Assembly (NCBI GenBank): GCA_047456295.1
Contig: CP179887.1
Location: 45,944-109,943, forward strand
From: Candidatus Nealsonbacteria bacterium
GTDB lineage: Bacteria > Patescibacteriota > Minisyncoccia > Minisyncoccales > JANBVM01
Direction: 5' to 3'
DNA: 64,000 nucleotides
This document shows, one piece after another, positions 9,637 through 17,145 of this stretch. How positions within the stretch are numbered: position 1 is the stretch's first letter; every line of letters starts with the position of its first letter. The notes under the pieces were generated by a model, which ran no database searches, had not been told where the DNA came from, and saw only the letters and a program-made list of their open reading frames with translations. The position numbers were made by a program, and so were the translations under genes.

Positions 9637-11076
9637 ATGGAGTTAACAAGTCTTACAATAAAAAAGATTCACGAGGGTTTGCTGAAAAAAGAATTTTCAG
9701 CCCTGGAATTAACCAGGGCCTATCTAGAAAAGGTTAAAAAAGAAGATGTAAAGATCCATTCTTTTTTATCTGTTTGTGAAGACACAGCTGTTTCTCAAGC
9801 AAAAAAGATTGATGAAATGATTTTTGTTGGGAGAGAGATTCCTTTGTTAGCTGGAGTTCCTGTGGCAGTAAAAGACAATATTCTGGTTGAGGATCTGGGA
9901 TGTAGTGCTGGATCCAGGATTTTAAAAAACTATCTCGCTCCTTATGACGCTACCTGTATTAAAAGATTAAGAGAGCAAGGAGTTATAATCTTAGGAAAGA
10001 CAAATCTGGATGAATTTGCCATGGGTTCTTCTACTGAGAATTCTGCTTTCGGGCCGACGAGAAACCCCAGGGATTTAACCAGGGTACCAGGAGGCTCTTC
10101 TGGAGGGTCAGCTGCTGCTGTAGCTGCAAACCTTTGCCTTTTTGCTTTAGGTTCTGATACCGGAGGTTCAATAAGACAACCAGCATCTTTTTGCGGTGTA
10201 GTGGGTTTAAAACCTAGTTACGGGGCTGTATCAAGATATGGTTTGATTGCTTTTGCTTCTTCTTTAGACCAGATAGGTCCAATAACAAGAACCGTGCAAG
10301 ATTGTAAAATAGTGTTTAATGTTATTAAAGGAAAGGATGTATTGGATTCAACCAGTGTTGAAGCTCAATCACAGAAATCTTCAGTTAACCAATCTGTGAA
10401 GGGACTGGTAATAGGAATTCCAAAAGAATACTTTGTTGAAGGAACCGACCCTGAAGTGATAAGATTAATAAAAAGGGCAATAGACAAATATGAAGAAAAG
10501 GGGGCTAAGATTGAACAAATCAGCCTTCCTCATACAGAATATGCTTTACCCTGCTATTATATCATTGCTCCCTCTGAAGCCAGTGCCAATCTTGCCCGTT
10601 ATGATGGAATTAAATACGGATACAGTAAAGGTTTAAAGTCAAAGTCCCACAGTCTTTTAGATGTTTATTTGCAAAGCAGGGGACAGGGATTTGGTGAGGA
10701 AGTCAGGAGAAGAATAATGCTGGGCACTTATGCTCTGTCATCTGGATATTATGATGCTTATTATTTGAGAGCCCAAAAGGTTAGAACATTAATTAAAAAG
10801 GATTTTGATAAAGTCTTTGAAAAGGTTGATGTTATATTTTCCCCTGTGTCTCCCACTCCTGCATTCAAATTAGGAGAGAGAACCAGAGATCCCTTAAAAA
10901 TGTATTTGTCTGACATTTTTACAGCTTCCGTTAATTTAGCTGGATTACCGGCAATTTCCATACCTTGTGGTACAATAGAAAAAGGTTTACCAGTGGGCTT
11001 ACAAATTATTGGGAAACCTTTTGAGGAGGAAAAGATAATGAATATTGCTGAAGTCTTTGAAAAAGAATATATTTAA
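9637..11076 (+). CDS. gatA: Glu-tRNA(Gln) amidotransferase subunit A
   Basis: Amidase signature [13 protein letters not shown] and KDNI motif. Confidence 0.9.
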   Translation: MELTSLTIKKIHEGLLKKEFSALELTRAYLEKVKKEDVKIHSFLSVCEDTAVSQAKKIDEMIFVGREIPLLAGVPVAVKDNILVEDLGCSAGSRILKNYLAPYDATCIKRLREQGVIILGKTNLDEFAMGSSTENSAFGPTRNPRDLTRVPGGSSGGSAAAVAANLCLFALGSDTGGSIRQPASFCGVVGLKPSYGAVSRYGLIAFASSLDQIGPITRTVQDCKIVFNVIKGKDVLDSTSVEAQSQKSSVNQSVKGLVIGIPKEYFVEGTDPEVIRLIKRAIDKYEEKGAKIEQISLPHTEYALPCYYIIAPSEASANLARYDGIKYGYSKGLKSKSHSLLDVYLQSRGQGFGEEVRRRIMLGTYALSSGYYDAYYLRAQKVRTLIKKDFDKVFEKVDVIFSPVSPTPAFKLGERTRDPLKMYLSDIFTASVNLAGLPAISIPCGTIEKGLPVGLQIIGKPFEEEKIMNIAEVFEKEYI

Positions 11077-11088
11077 AAAAATACATTT

Positions 11089-11604
11089 ATGGCCTTAGAT
11101 AATATAATTCAATTTATTTTAGACCCTGTTCTTCCTGGTTGGCTTTTGATTGTAAAATTTGTATTTTTGAGCCTGGGTTTATTTTTCATTTTTTTCATTG
11201 TTTGGGCTTTGATTAAGACTACCTGGTTAAAGAGGCTGATTATCTGGGATATAAGGGAAATAATGACTTTCCGGCATTATGGATTGGCCAGAATTGAAAG
11301 GAAATGGATTAAAATCAGAGAGAGATTTGTCATGAATACTGAAGCTGAAGAAAAGTTAGCCATAATAGAAGCTGACAACCTGTTGGATGAGGTTTTAAAG
11401 AAAATGGGTTTTATGGATAAAACCCTGGGTGAAAAACTGGATAAACTAACCATTGATATTCTTTCCAATCTCAATGAGGTTAGAGAGGCCCATAAGATTC
11501 GTTCAAACATTATTCATGATCCAACCTTTCGTTTAGACAGAAACGAAGCAAAAAAAGTTTTTAAAACTTATGAAAAAGCCATGGTTGATTTACAGGTATT
11601 GTAG
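11089..11604 (+). CDS. Hypothetical membrane-anchored protein
   Basis: One or two N-terminal TM helices followed by a helical soluble domain. No recognisable motif. Confidence 0.5.
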   Translation: MALDNIIQFILDPVLPGWLLIVKFVFLSLGLFFIFFIVWALIKTTWLKRLIIWDIREIMTFRHYGLARIERKWIKIRERFVMNTEAEEKLAIIEADNLLDEVLKKMGFMDKTLGEKLDKLTIDILSNLNEVREAHKIRSNIIHDPTFRLDRNEAKKVFKTYEKAMVDLQVL

Positions 11605-11647
11605 TTGATGTTGCCTGGTTGCTTTTTTAATTTGCTTTTTAAAAATA

Positions 11648-11676
11648 TTGACTCTCAAGGTTAAAAAAGGTAAAAT
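11648..11676 (+). promoter_or_regulatory. Sigma70-type promoter for the tRNA operon
   Basis: TTGACT (11648-53), 17-nt spacer, TAAAAT (11671-76), about 12 nt before the first tRNA. Confidence 0.6.
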
Positions 11677-11688
11677 CATGGACATAGA

Positions 11689-11759
11689 CGCGGTGTGGAG
11701 GAGTAGTACCTCGCCAGTCCCATAAGCTGGAGGCCCTGGTGCAATTCCAGGCACCGCAA
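11689..11759 (+). tRNA. tRNA-Met (CAT), initiator-like
   Basis: Manual cloverleaf with acceptor CGCGGTG/CACCGCA. It has the bacterial initiator C1xA72 mismatch and discriminator A. Anticodon loop is CCCATAA. No encoded CCA. Confidence 0.75.
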
Positions 11760-11760
11760 G

Positions 11761-11833
11761 GCCGGTGTAGCTCAATGGTTAGAGCAATTGCATCATAAGC
11801 AAGAGGTTACAGGTTCGAGTCCCGTCACCGGCA
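11761..11833 (+). tRNA. tRNA-Met (CAT), elongator-like
   Basis: Acceptor GCCGGTG/CACCGGC, anticodon loop ATCATAA. The T arm ACAGGTTCGAGTCCCGT resembles E. coli elongator Met. tRNA-Ile2 cannot be excluded. Confidence 0.8.
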
Positions 11834-11860
11834 TAAAAATTTACTTTATAATTTTCATAT

Positions 11861-11934
11861 GGGGACGTAGCTCAATTGGTTAGAGCTCGTGATTGTCGAT
11901 CACGAGGTTGCGAGTTCGAGTCTCGTCGTCCCCG
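11861..11934 (+). tRNA. tRNA-Asp (GTC)
   Basis: Acceptor GGGGACG/CGTCCCC, anticodon loop TTGTCGA, T arm GCGAGTTCGAGTCTCGT, discriminator G. Confidence 0.9.
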
Positions 11935-11944
11935 AATTTTCAAG

Positions 11945-11964
11945 CCCCGCCAAGGCGGGGTTTT
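11945..11964 (+). terminator. Intrinsic terminator after tRNA-Asp
   Basis: CCCCGC-CAAG-GCGGGG hairpin followed by TTTT. Confidence 0.75.
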
Positions 11965-11988
11965 GAGTTATATTGGGCAGGTAAGCTA

Positions 11989-12017
11989 TTGACAAAATTA
12001 AAATGGTGTGATATAAT
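11989..12017 (+). promoter_or_regulatory. Consensus extended -10 promoter, leaderless geometry
   Basis: TTGACA, 17-nt spacer, TGaTATAAT. The -10 ends 6 nt before the ATG at 12024. Confidence 0.65.
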
Positions 12018-12023
12018 TTAAAT

Positions 12024-12227
12024 ATGATAGGAAATAAGAAAACTGGAATAAGTGCCGATCGGTTCAAAGAGTTACAAGAATTGGCTGGCAAAATCCAGAA
12101 GATAAAGAAAAACCTGATTAGTCGCAGTCCTCAATTATCAACAGAGGAGGCGGCGCAGGTTGAGAGATTTTTCGAGCCGTTGTTAAAATCTCTTGCCAAA
12201 GTGTTAAATGGTGTTAAAAATAACTAA
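12024..12227 (+). CDS. Small hypothetical protein (67 aa)
   Basis: ORF placed exactly at the predicted TSS of a consensus promoter. No motif recognised. Confidence 0.4.
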   Translation: MIGNKKTGISADRFKELQELAGKIQKIKKNLISRSPQLSTEEAAQVERFFEPLLKSLAKVLNGVKNN

Positions 12228-12275
12228 ATCCTATTTTTTTTATTTTTTATTTATTGTTCTTTACAATCAATCCTA

Positions 12276-12313
12276 TTTTTCAAGCCCATAACTTACTTGT
12301 GATTTTGAAAAAG
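12276..12313 (+). repeat. Motif X copy 1 (TTTTTCAAGCCCATAA-N-TGTGnTTTTGAAAAAG)
   Basis: Second copy at 30465-30504 in the same relative position: after a small ORF that follows a tRNA-Asp 3' sequence. Confidence 0.6.
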
Positions 12314-12317
12314 CCCG

Positions 12318-12340
12318 AAACCACCTTTGAGGTGGTTTTT
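12318..12340 (+). terminator. Intrinsic terminator
   Basis: AAACCACC-TTTGA-GGTGGTTT hairpin followed by a T-run. Confidence 0.7.
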
Positions 12341-12425
12341 GGTTTAGGCAGGAAAGTAGTCGAGAAAGCTATCTATTTTCTCCATCATTTCTTCAGGATT
12401 CTCTATAGAATCAAGCCATTCCAGA

Positions 12426-12499
12426 GTTCGAAAATAGTCTCGTCGTCCCCGCCACAATAAGAAATCGCCTTTTAGGTGATTTTTTTGTAGAATAGGAAT
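12426..12499 (+). repeat. Junction module J1: tRNA-Asp 3'-end-like fragment, hairpin with T-run, -10 box
   Basis: GTTCGAaaataGTCTCGTCGTCCCCGCCA compared with the genuine tRNA-Asp 3' end. Then ATCGCCT-TTT-AGGTGAT hairpin, T7, and TAGAAT 6 nt before the ATG at 12500. Confidence 0.7.
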
Positions 12500-13471
12500 A
12501 TGAAAATAATTAACCTCAAAAAGATTTTTTCAAGCATTCTGAAGCCGACTCCGCCTTATAATTTTAATGTAACAATCCATAAGCCGTCGCATTTCCCCTC
12601 GTCTGATAATGAATGGTCAAAAGGGAAATACTGGATAACAATGGTTTGGAGAGGCAAGTATCTGGGATTAAAATTGGAAAATAAGGGAACGGTAAAAAGA
12701 CCAAAGATAAGGTTTAGCGTATATTCAAAAAAGCCCCTATTAAAGTCATATAAGGATAGTTTAATGACAGAAATAGAATGGAGGTTTAATCTGAAGTCGG
12801 ATATTTCAGAATTTGCTAGAAAGTTCAAAAAAGATAAAATTTTAAAACCTTTATTAAAAAAATGGCAAGGAATGAAACCAGTAGCTGCTAATTCGTTATA
12901 TGAAACGCTTGTCATATATATTGTTTTACAGAATGCCGTAGTTCGTCGTTCGGTTCAGATGTTGGAGAATCTTTTTAATAAGTTTGGTAAGAAGGTGAGA
13001 TTTGACAACAAAACCCTTTCTACTTTTTGGGAGCCAAAAGCTATAAATAAAGTTTCAGAGCAAACATTAAGAGATTTAAAGTTAGGTTACAGAGCTAAAT
13101 TCTTAAAGAAAATCAGTTTACAGTTCGTCAAAGGAAAGATTGATGAATTTAAAATGAGAAAGATGGAGAGAGAAGAGTTAAAAAAGAAAGCATTAAAACT
13201 TTACGGAATTGGACCTGCTTCTGTAGAGTATCTTTTATTTGAGGATTTTTATCATTACAATGCCTTAGAAACTATTCCTCCCTGGGAACAGAAAATAATG
13301 TCTAAGTTGTTATTTAACAAGAAGTTAGTTTCTACTAAAAAAATCTTAAACTTCTTCAGAAAAAGATATTCAGGATGGGAGAAATTAGCCTTTCACTATA
13401 TCTGGGAAGATATCTTCTGGAAAAGAAAAACCCAGAAAATAGATTGGTTGGAAAAAGAAATCCGACTATAA
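12500..13471 (+). CDS. HhH-GPD superfamily DNA glycosylase-like protein (AlkA/Ogg-like)
   Basis: Helix-hairpin-helix LKLYGIGPASVEYLL, preceded by the LYETLVIYIVLQN helical core typical of HhH-GPD enzymes. The position of the catalytic Asp is unclear. Confidence 0.6.
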   Translation: MKIINLKKIFSSILKPTPPYNFNVTIHKPSHFPSSDNEWSKGKYWITMVWRGKYLGLKLENKGTVKRPKIRFSVYSKKPLLKSYKDSLMTEIEWRFNLKSDISEFARKFKKDKILKPLLKKWQGMKPVAANSLYETLVIYIVLQNAVVRRSVQMLENLFNKFGKKVRFDNKTLSTFWEPKAINKVSEQTLRDLKLGYRAKFLKKISLQFVKGKIDEFKMRKMEREELKKKALKLYGIGPASVEYLLFEDFYHYNALETIPPWEQKIMSKLLFNKKLVSTKKILNFFRKRYSGWEKLAFHYIWEDIFWKRKTQKIDWLEKEIRL

Positions 13472-13508
13472 AATCGCCAAGCAGGCAGTTTCTTGGTAGG
13501 ATGGAAAT
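13472..13508 (+). repeat. Junction module J2 (degenerate)
   Basis: AAATCGCCAAGCAGGCAG...TAGGAT-GGAAAT-ATG. Same frame as J1 and J3-J5, with a decayed hairpin. Confidence 0.5.
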
Positions 13509-13922
13509 ATGAAAAAAATCTTATTTGTCTATTTAGGTAATGTTGCCAGAAGCCAGATGGCTGAGGCATATTATAATCATTTTACAAATTCCAACAATGC
13601 AACAAGTGCTGGCATTTTAGATTTTACTCCAGTAAGATACGGTTATCCTATAAAAGAAGTTGTTCGGGCGATGAAAGAAGAAAGTATAGACGTATCCAAA
13701 AATAAAGTCAAAACCATAACAAGAGAGATGGTAAAAGAAAATGATAAGATTTTTGTTATGTGTAAGAAAGAAGAATGTCCTAACTTTCTATTGAATTCTG
13801 GTAAAGTTACTTTTTGGAATGTTGGTGACCCTTTTGATACAGATTTAGAAAATTTCAGAAGAATTAGGGATAAAATTAGGGGGAAAGTAGAACAACTGAT
13901 TACAGAAAAAAGAATTAATTAA
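13509..13922 (+). CDS. LMW phosphotyrosine phosphatase / ArsC-fold protein lacking the catalytic cysteine
   Basis: P-loop region reads VYLGNVARS where the family has VCxGNxCRS. The DP general-acid motif (VGDPF) is retained. Confidence 0.65.
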   Translation: MKKILFVYLGNVARSQMAEAYYNHFTNSNNATSAGILDFTPVRYGYPIKEVVRAMKEESIDVSKNKVKTITREMVKENDKIFVMCKKEECPNFLLNSGKVTFWNVGDPFDTDLENFRRIRDKIRGKVEQLITEKRIN

Positions 13923-14191
13923 TATTTAATCATTCAATTATTGCGATACGCGGAAAATTATTCCAAAACCAAGTTTTAATTATATCCAACCATCCCCGCC
14001 AAATTGTAATTCAAAGAATCAAGGTTCTGAGGAGCGGTAGCGACGAATGGTTCTTATAAAATTGGATGTAATTAGATATAATTCGAGCTTTTTGTTCGGA
14101 TTTTTTTCACAAAATTACACAAAATTAGTTTGATATTTTTTTAAAATTTGTTACACTAAATTTAGGCCTCCTCGAATTTAGTGAAAATTTT

Positions 14192-14764
14192 ATGAAACAA
14201 AAAGAAGTATTATTTATTACGGGCAATAAAAGTAAATTAGCTGAGACAACTAAGATGGCTGAAAGATTCTCAGTAAAGATAGTAGGGCAAAAAGCTAATT
14301 TATTTGAGCCAATGGTATCCGATTCTACTAAAATCTTAATTGACAAAGCAAAGGATGCATATAAAAAGTTTGGTAAGCCTTTAATCGTTGATGATGCTGG
14401 TATTTACTTTGGAGCTTATCCTAATTTTCCTGGTGTATTCACGAAATTTATTATTAAGTTGCTTGGTTTTAATGGAATCATTAAGTTATTAGAAGGAAAA
14501 AGCAAAGACGCTTACTTCAAGTGCACAATTGGTTTTATTGACGAAAAGTTAGACCAGCCTCTTTTATTTGAAGGTATATCTAAGGGGAAAATAACCGAGA
14601 AAATTTCGATAAACTTCAATGGAAATTTCGAATTTAATAGTATTTTTATTCCTGAGGGAGAAAGTAAAACTTTTTCAGAAATGTCAATTGAGGAACGTAG
14701 TAAACACTGTCATAGAGATAGAGCGTTAGAGAAATTTTTAAGTTGGTATGTTAAAGAATATTAG
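14192..14764 (+). CDS. Ham1/RdgB-family non-canonical (d)NTP pyrophosphatase
   Basis: Family motifs ITGNKSKLAE, DDAGIYF, PGVFTKF and SKHCHRDRAL. Confidence 0.75.
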   Translation: MKQKEVLFITGNKSKLAETTKMAERFSVKIVGQKANLFEPMVSDSTKILIDKAKDAYKKFGKPLIVDDAGIYFGAYPNFPGVFTKFIIKLLGFNGIIKLLEGKSKDAYFKCTIGFIDEKLDQPLLFEGISKGKITEKISINFNGNFEFNSIFIPEGESKTFSEMSIEERSKHCHRDRALEKFLSWYVKEY

Positions 14765-14769
14765 TAAAA

Positions 14770-15396
14770 ATGAAATATATTAAAAAGGAAACAATTGGGG
14801 CGAGTTGGTTAAAAGCAGTAGAGGTGGTTATGGAAGAAGGAAACGATTTTTATGATCGCGATGTTAAGATAAAGGAGTTACTTGATCTTTTCATTGAGAT
14901 AAAAGATGCTCTTCTAATTGACGACGTGATAAAGAAACATGGAGATAAGTATATGATAGAACAACTAAAAATAGTTTTATTGGATACAAAACCAGGTGAG
15001 TGGGGGTGGAGTTATGGACAAAGGTTGTTTGGAGATAGTAACTATTTTAACCAAATAGAATTTATTGTAAATAAATTAAAGAGGAAACCGGAAACAAAAT
15101 CAGCTACCGTAACTTGTTTATTTCCTAAGGAGGATTTTCAGAAGGGAGCTCACATTCCATGTATTTGTCTTTTGGATTTTAAAATTAGAGATAATAGGTT
15201 GAACATGAGTGTTTGTTTAAGAAGCCAAGATATTGCTAAAAAGATGTATGGGGATGCGCTTGCTTTAGGTAAACTCATGGAAAAAGTAGCTAACGAATTA
15301 GATGTCTTGACGGGTAATCTTAAACTGTACATTATGTCGGCTCATATTTATGAAAACGAGTTTGAGAAAATGAGAAAAATAATAGGAAACTCTTAA
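14770..15396 (+). CDS. Short thymidylate-synthase-like protein 1 (Asp at the ThyA Asn177 position)
   Basis: IPC(131)ICLL...CLR(151)SQD(154)...YGD(162)...SAHIYENE. Spacing matches E. coli ThyA C146/R166/D169/N177/H207-Y209. Confidence 0.7.
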   Translation: MKYIKKETIGASWLKAVEVVMEEGNDFYDRDVKIKELLDLFIEIKDALLIDDVIKKHGDKYMIEQLKIVLLDTKPGEWGWSYGQRLFGDSNYFNQIEFIVNKLKRKPETKSATVTCLFPKEDFQKGAHIPCICLLDFKIRDNRLNMSVCLRSQDIAKKMYGDALALGKLMEKVANELDVLTGNLKLYIMSAHIYENEFEKMRKIIGNS

Positions 15397-15585
15397 AATA
15401 AATAAATTCACCATAAACATTCTGATAGTGATAAGCTTACTATAATAAGTTTATTTTTTTTATTGTTGAGCAATCCTGAAATAATATGGGTCTTGATAAT
15501 TCAAAGAAATACTGTATTATATGAATAGCTATAAGATATATTTCCAATAGCAAAGTTCTTTATAACTTAAAAGAGGTGAAATGAG

Positions 15586-16152
15586 ATAAAAGTTATATAT
15601 GTAGGAGGAGTTAAGGGTGTTGGTAAAACCTTTGTCCTTCGTGAGGTCTTTAGGCAACTATCTTTAGAAAAAGTGCCTTTTAAGAAGGCAAAAGTTGCAA
15701 AAGTTATGTTTGATCTATTAAAAAGATACGGTATGGTTGAGAAGTATGATGAGTTAGAAAATATTAGTGTCGAAATAAAAGATTGTATTCGCAAAGAATC
15801 TTTCAAAAAAATACTGAAAGATAAAAATGAAAATTTGATTTTCGATGGCCATTATTCAATATCGTCACAGTTTGGTTATGAGTATGGAATTCCATTGAAT
15901 TTTATAAAAGAAATTGATCACTTAGTATTATTATATAACAATGAAGATGTTGTTCGCAGGAGAAGGTTAGAAGATAAATCTAAAAAAAGAGAGACAAGTT
16001 TAGAGAAAGTAATAATAGACTTAATAATAGAGGAAGCGTTTGCTGAGTTTTATGCGAGATTACGGGGTAGAAAGTTAAAGAAGATAGAAACTAATAATAA
16101 AGCCAGTGTCAGTTTAAAAGATTTTATAAAGGAGGTGTTTGAAAGTGGTTAG
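15586..16152 (+). CDS. P-loop nucleoside/nucleotide kinase-like protein (archaeal Adk-like); apparent ATA start
   Basis: An in-frame Walker A (GGVKGVGKT) lies upstream of the GTG at 15673 given in the ORF track. Between the TGA at 15577 and the P-loop the only start-like codon is ATA at 15586, 7 nt after the SD AAGAGGTGA. Confidence 0.55.
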   Translation: MKVIYVGGVKGVGKTFVLREVFRQLSLEKVPFKKAKVAKVMFDLLKRYGMVEKYDELENISVEIKDCIRKESFKKILKDKNENLIFDGHYSISSQFGYEYGIPLNFIKEIDHLVLLYNNEDVVRRRRLEDKSKKRETSLEKVIIDLIIEEAFAEFYARLRGRKLKKIETNNKASVSLKDFIKEVFESG

Positions 16153-16789
16153 ATTAATAGAAGCAGATAATATTTCAGAAGCATGGTTAAAGGGATGTGA
16201 ATGTATTATAAATTACGGCTTTAGAACGAAAAGAAAAATCAAACTCCATAATTTGATTGCTGAGATTAAAAATATAACTCTAGATAAATACATAGATGAG
16301 CAATTTAGAAATTATATGAATCTAAGAATATTCAAGCGAACATTGGATATCGTTTCTTCAGATCAAAACCTCAATTCACATCCTAATTATTGGAGACGCT
16401 TGAAAGGAAAGGAAGAATTTAAGATAGACCAAGTGGCCCGCGTTATTTCCAGACTTAGAAAGCAGCCTCATTCAACCAAGCTTACCTTATGTATTTACAG
16501 CCCTAACGATTTCAAAAAGATGTATACACCTTGTATTTTATGTGCTGAATTAAGAGTGAATAAGAGGCGTCTTAATATGACCGCTTTTATCAGAAGTCAA
16601 GATTTCGCAAATAAAAGTTATGCTGATTATATAGGTTTATCATCTATTCTTAAACGAATTGGAGAGAATAGTAACATAAAACCAGGAGCAATTCTTACTC
16701 ATACTATAACCGCATTTATTGCCTATAAAGACCTAAGCCGAATGAAATCCTTTTTAAATATCATAAGGGAAAAGAAAATATCAAATTAG
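16139..16789 (+). CDS. Short thymidylate-synthase-like protein 2 (Asp at the Asn177 position; HxY motif lost)
   Basis: TPC(132)ILCA...IR(152)SQD(155)...YAD(163). The C-terminal motif is TAFIAY instead of xAHIY. Start is TTG 16139 or GTG 16145, after the SD AAGGAGGTG, and overlaps the kinase stop. Confidence 0.65.
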   Translation: MKVVRLIEADNISEAWLKGCECIINYGFRTKRKIKLHNLIAEIKNITLDKYIDEQFRNYMNLRIFKRTLDIVSSDQNLNSHPNYWRRLKGKEEFKIDQVARVISRLRKQPHSTKLTLCIYSPNDFKKMYTPCILCAELRVNKRRLNMTAFIRSQDFANKSYADYIGLSSILKRIGENSNIKPGAILTHTITAFIAYKDLSRMKSFLNIIREKKISN

Positions 16790-16863
16790 TTATATGCACC
16801 AGCACCAGTTTATAATGTAAACTTATAAACTGGATTTTTTATATAAGCTAAGAAATACAATAG

Positions 16864-17106
16864 TACTTATATGAAGGAGAAAAAGACAATAAATTCATCC
16901 AGGTTTTAGTTAAAGATTCAGACATAGGTTTGGACAGGAAAGACAAAAACAATCTTTTTAAGCTCTTCCATAGGGGAGAAAAAGCCACTTCTTTGTATCT
17001 TAACGGCTTAGGTTTAGGGCTCTTTATTGTTAAAAACCTGATCGAATTCCACAAGGGCGCGGTTAAAACTAAAAGCGAGGAGGGGAGAGAAGTACCTTTA
17101 TCATAA
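16864..17106 (+). pseudogene. C-terminal fragment of a sensor histidine kinase (HATPase_c G1/G2 boxes)
   Basis: Start-less frame reads ...VKDSDIGLDRKDKNNLFKLFHRGE...LNGLGLGLFIVKNLIEFHKGAVKTKSEEGREVPLS*. It is preceded by an in-frame TAG. Confidence 0.7.
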
Positions 17107-17145
17107 AAATACCTTTCATGGTAGAGGTTTAAGAGGATAATCCTT

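Noticed and set aside
11590-11775. Minus-strand ORFs overlapping tRNA genes (11590-11775, 11900-12091, 51051-51302) and the long form of the plus ORF at 51197-51634.
   Set aside because: They run through the tRNA-Met/Met/Asp, rpmG and tRNA-Trp sequences. The tRNA folds and the L33 zinc-ribbon ORF explain the sequence better.
12254-12460. 68-aa ORF in the tRNA-Asp island spacer.
   Set aside because: It starts at a non-ATG codon (TTG at 12254) with no Shine-Dalgarno sequence upstream. It spans motif X, a terminator hairpin and the tRNA-Asp 3' fragment, all of which are better explained as non-coding repeats.
15577-15579. TGA read as a sense codon (genetic code 25) to extend the kinase ORF upstream.
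   Set aside because: TGA clearly terminates several conserved genes here, including the ATGA overlaps at 777, 28263, 56574 and 57682. The standard code 11 therefore applies.
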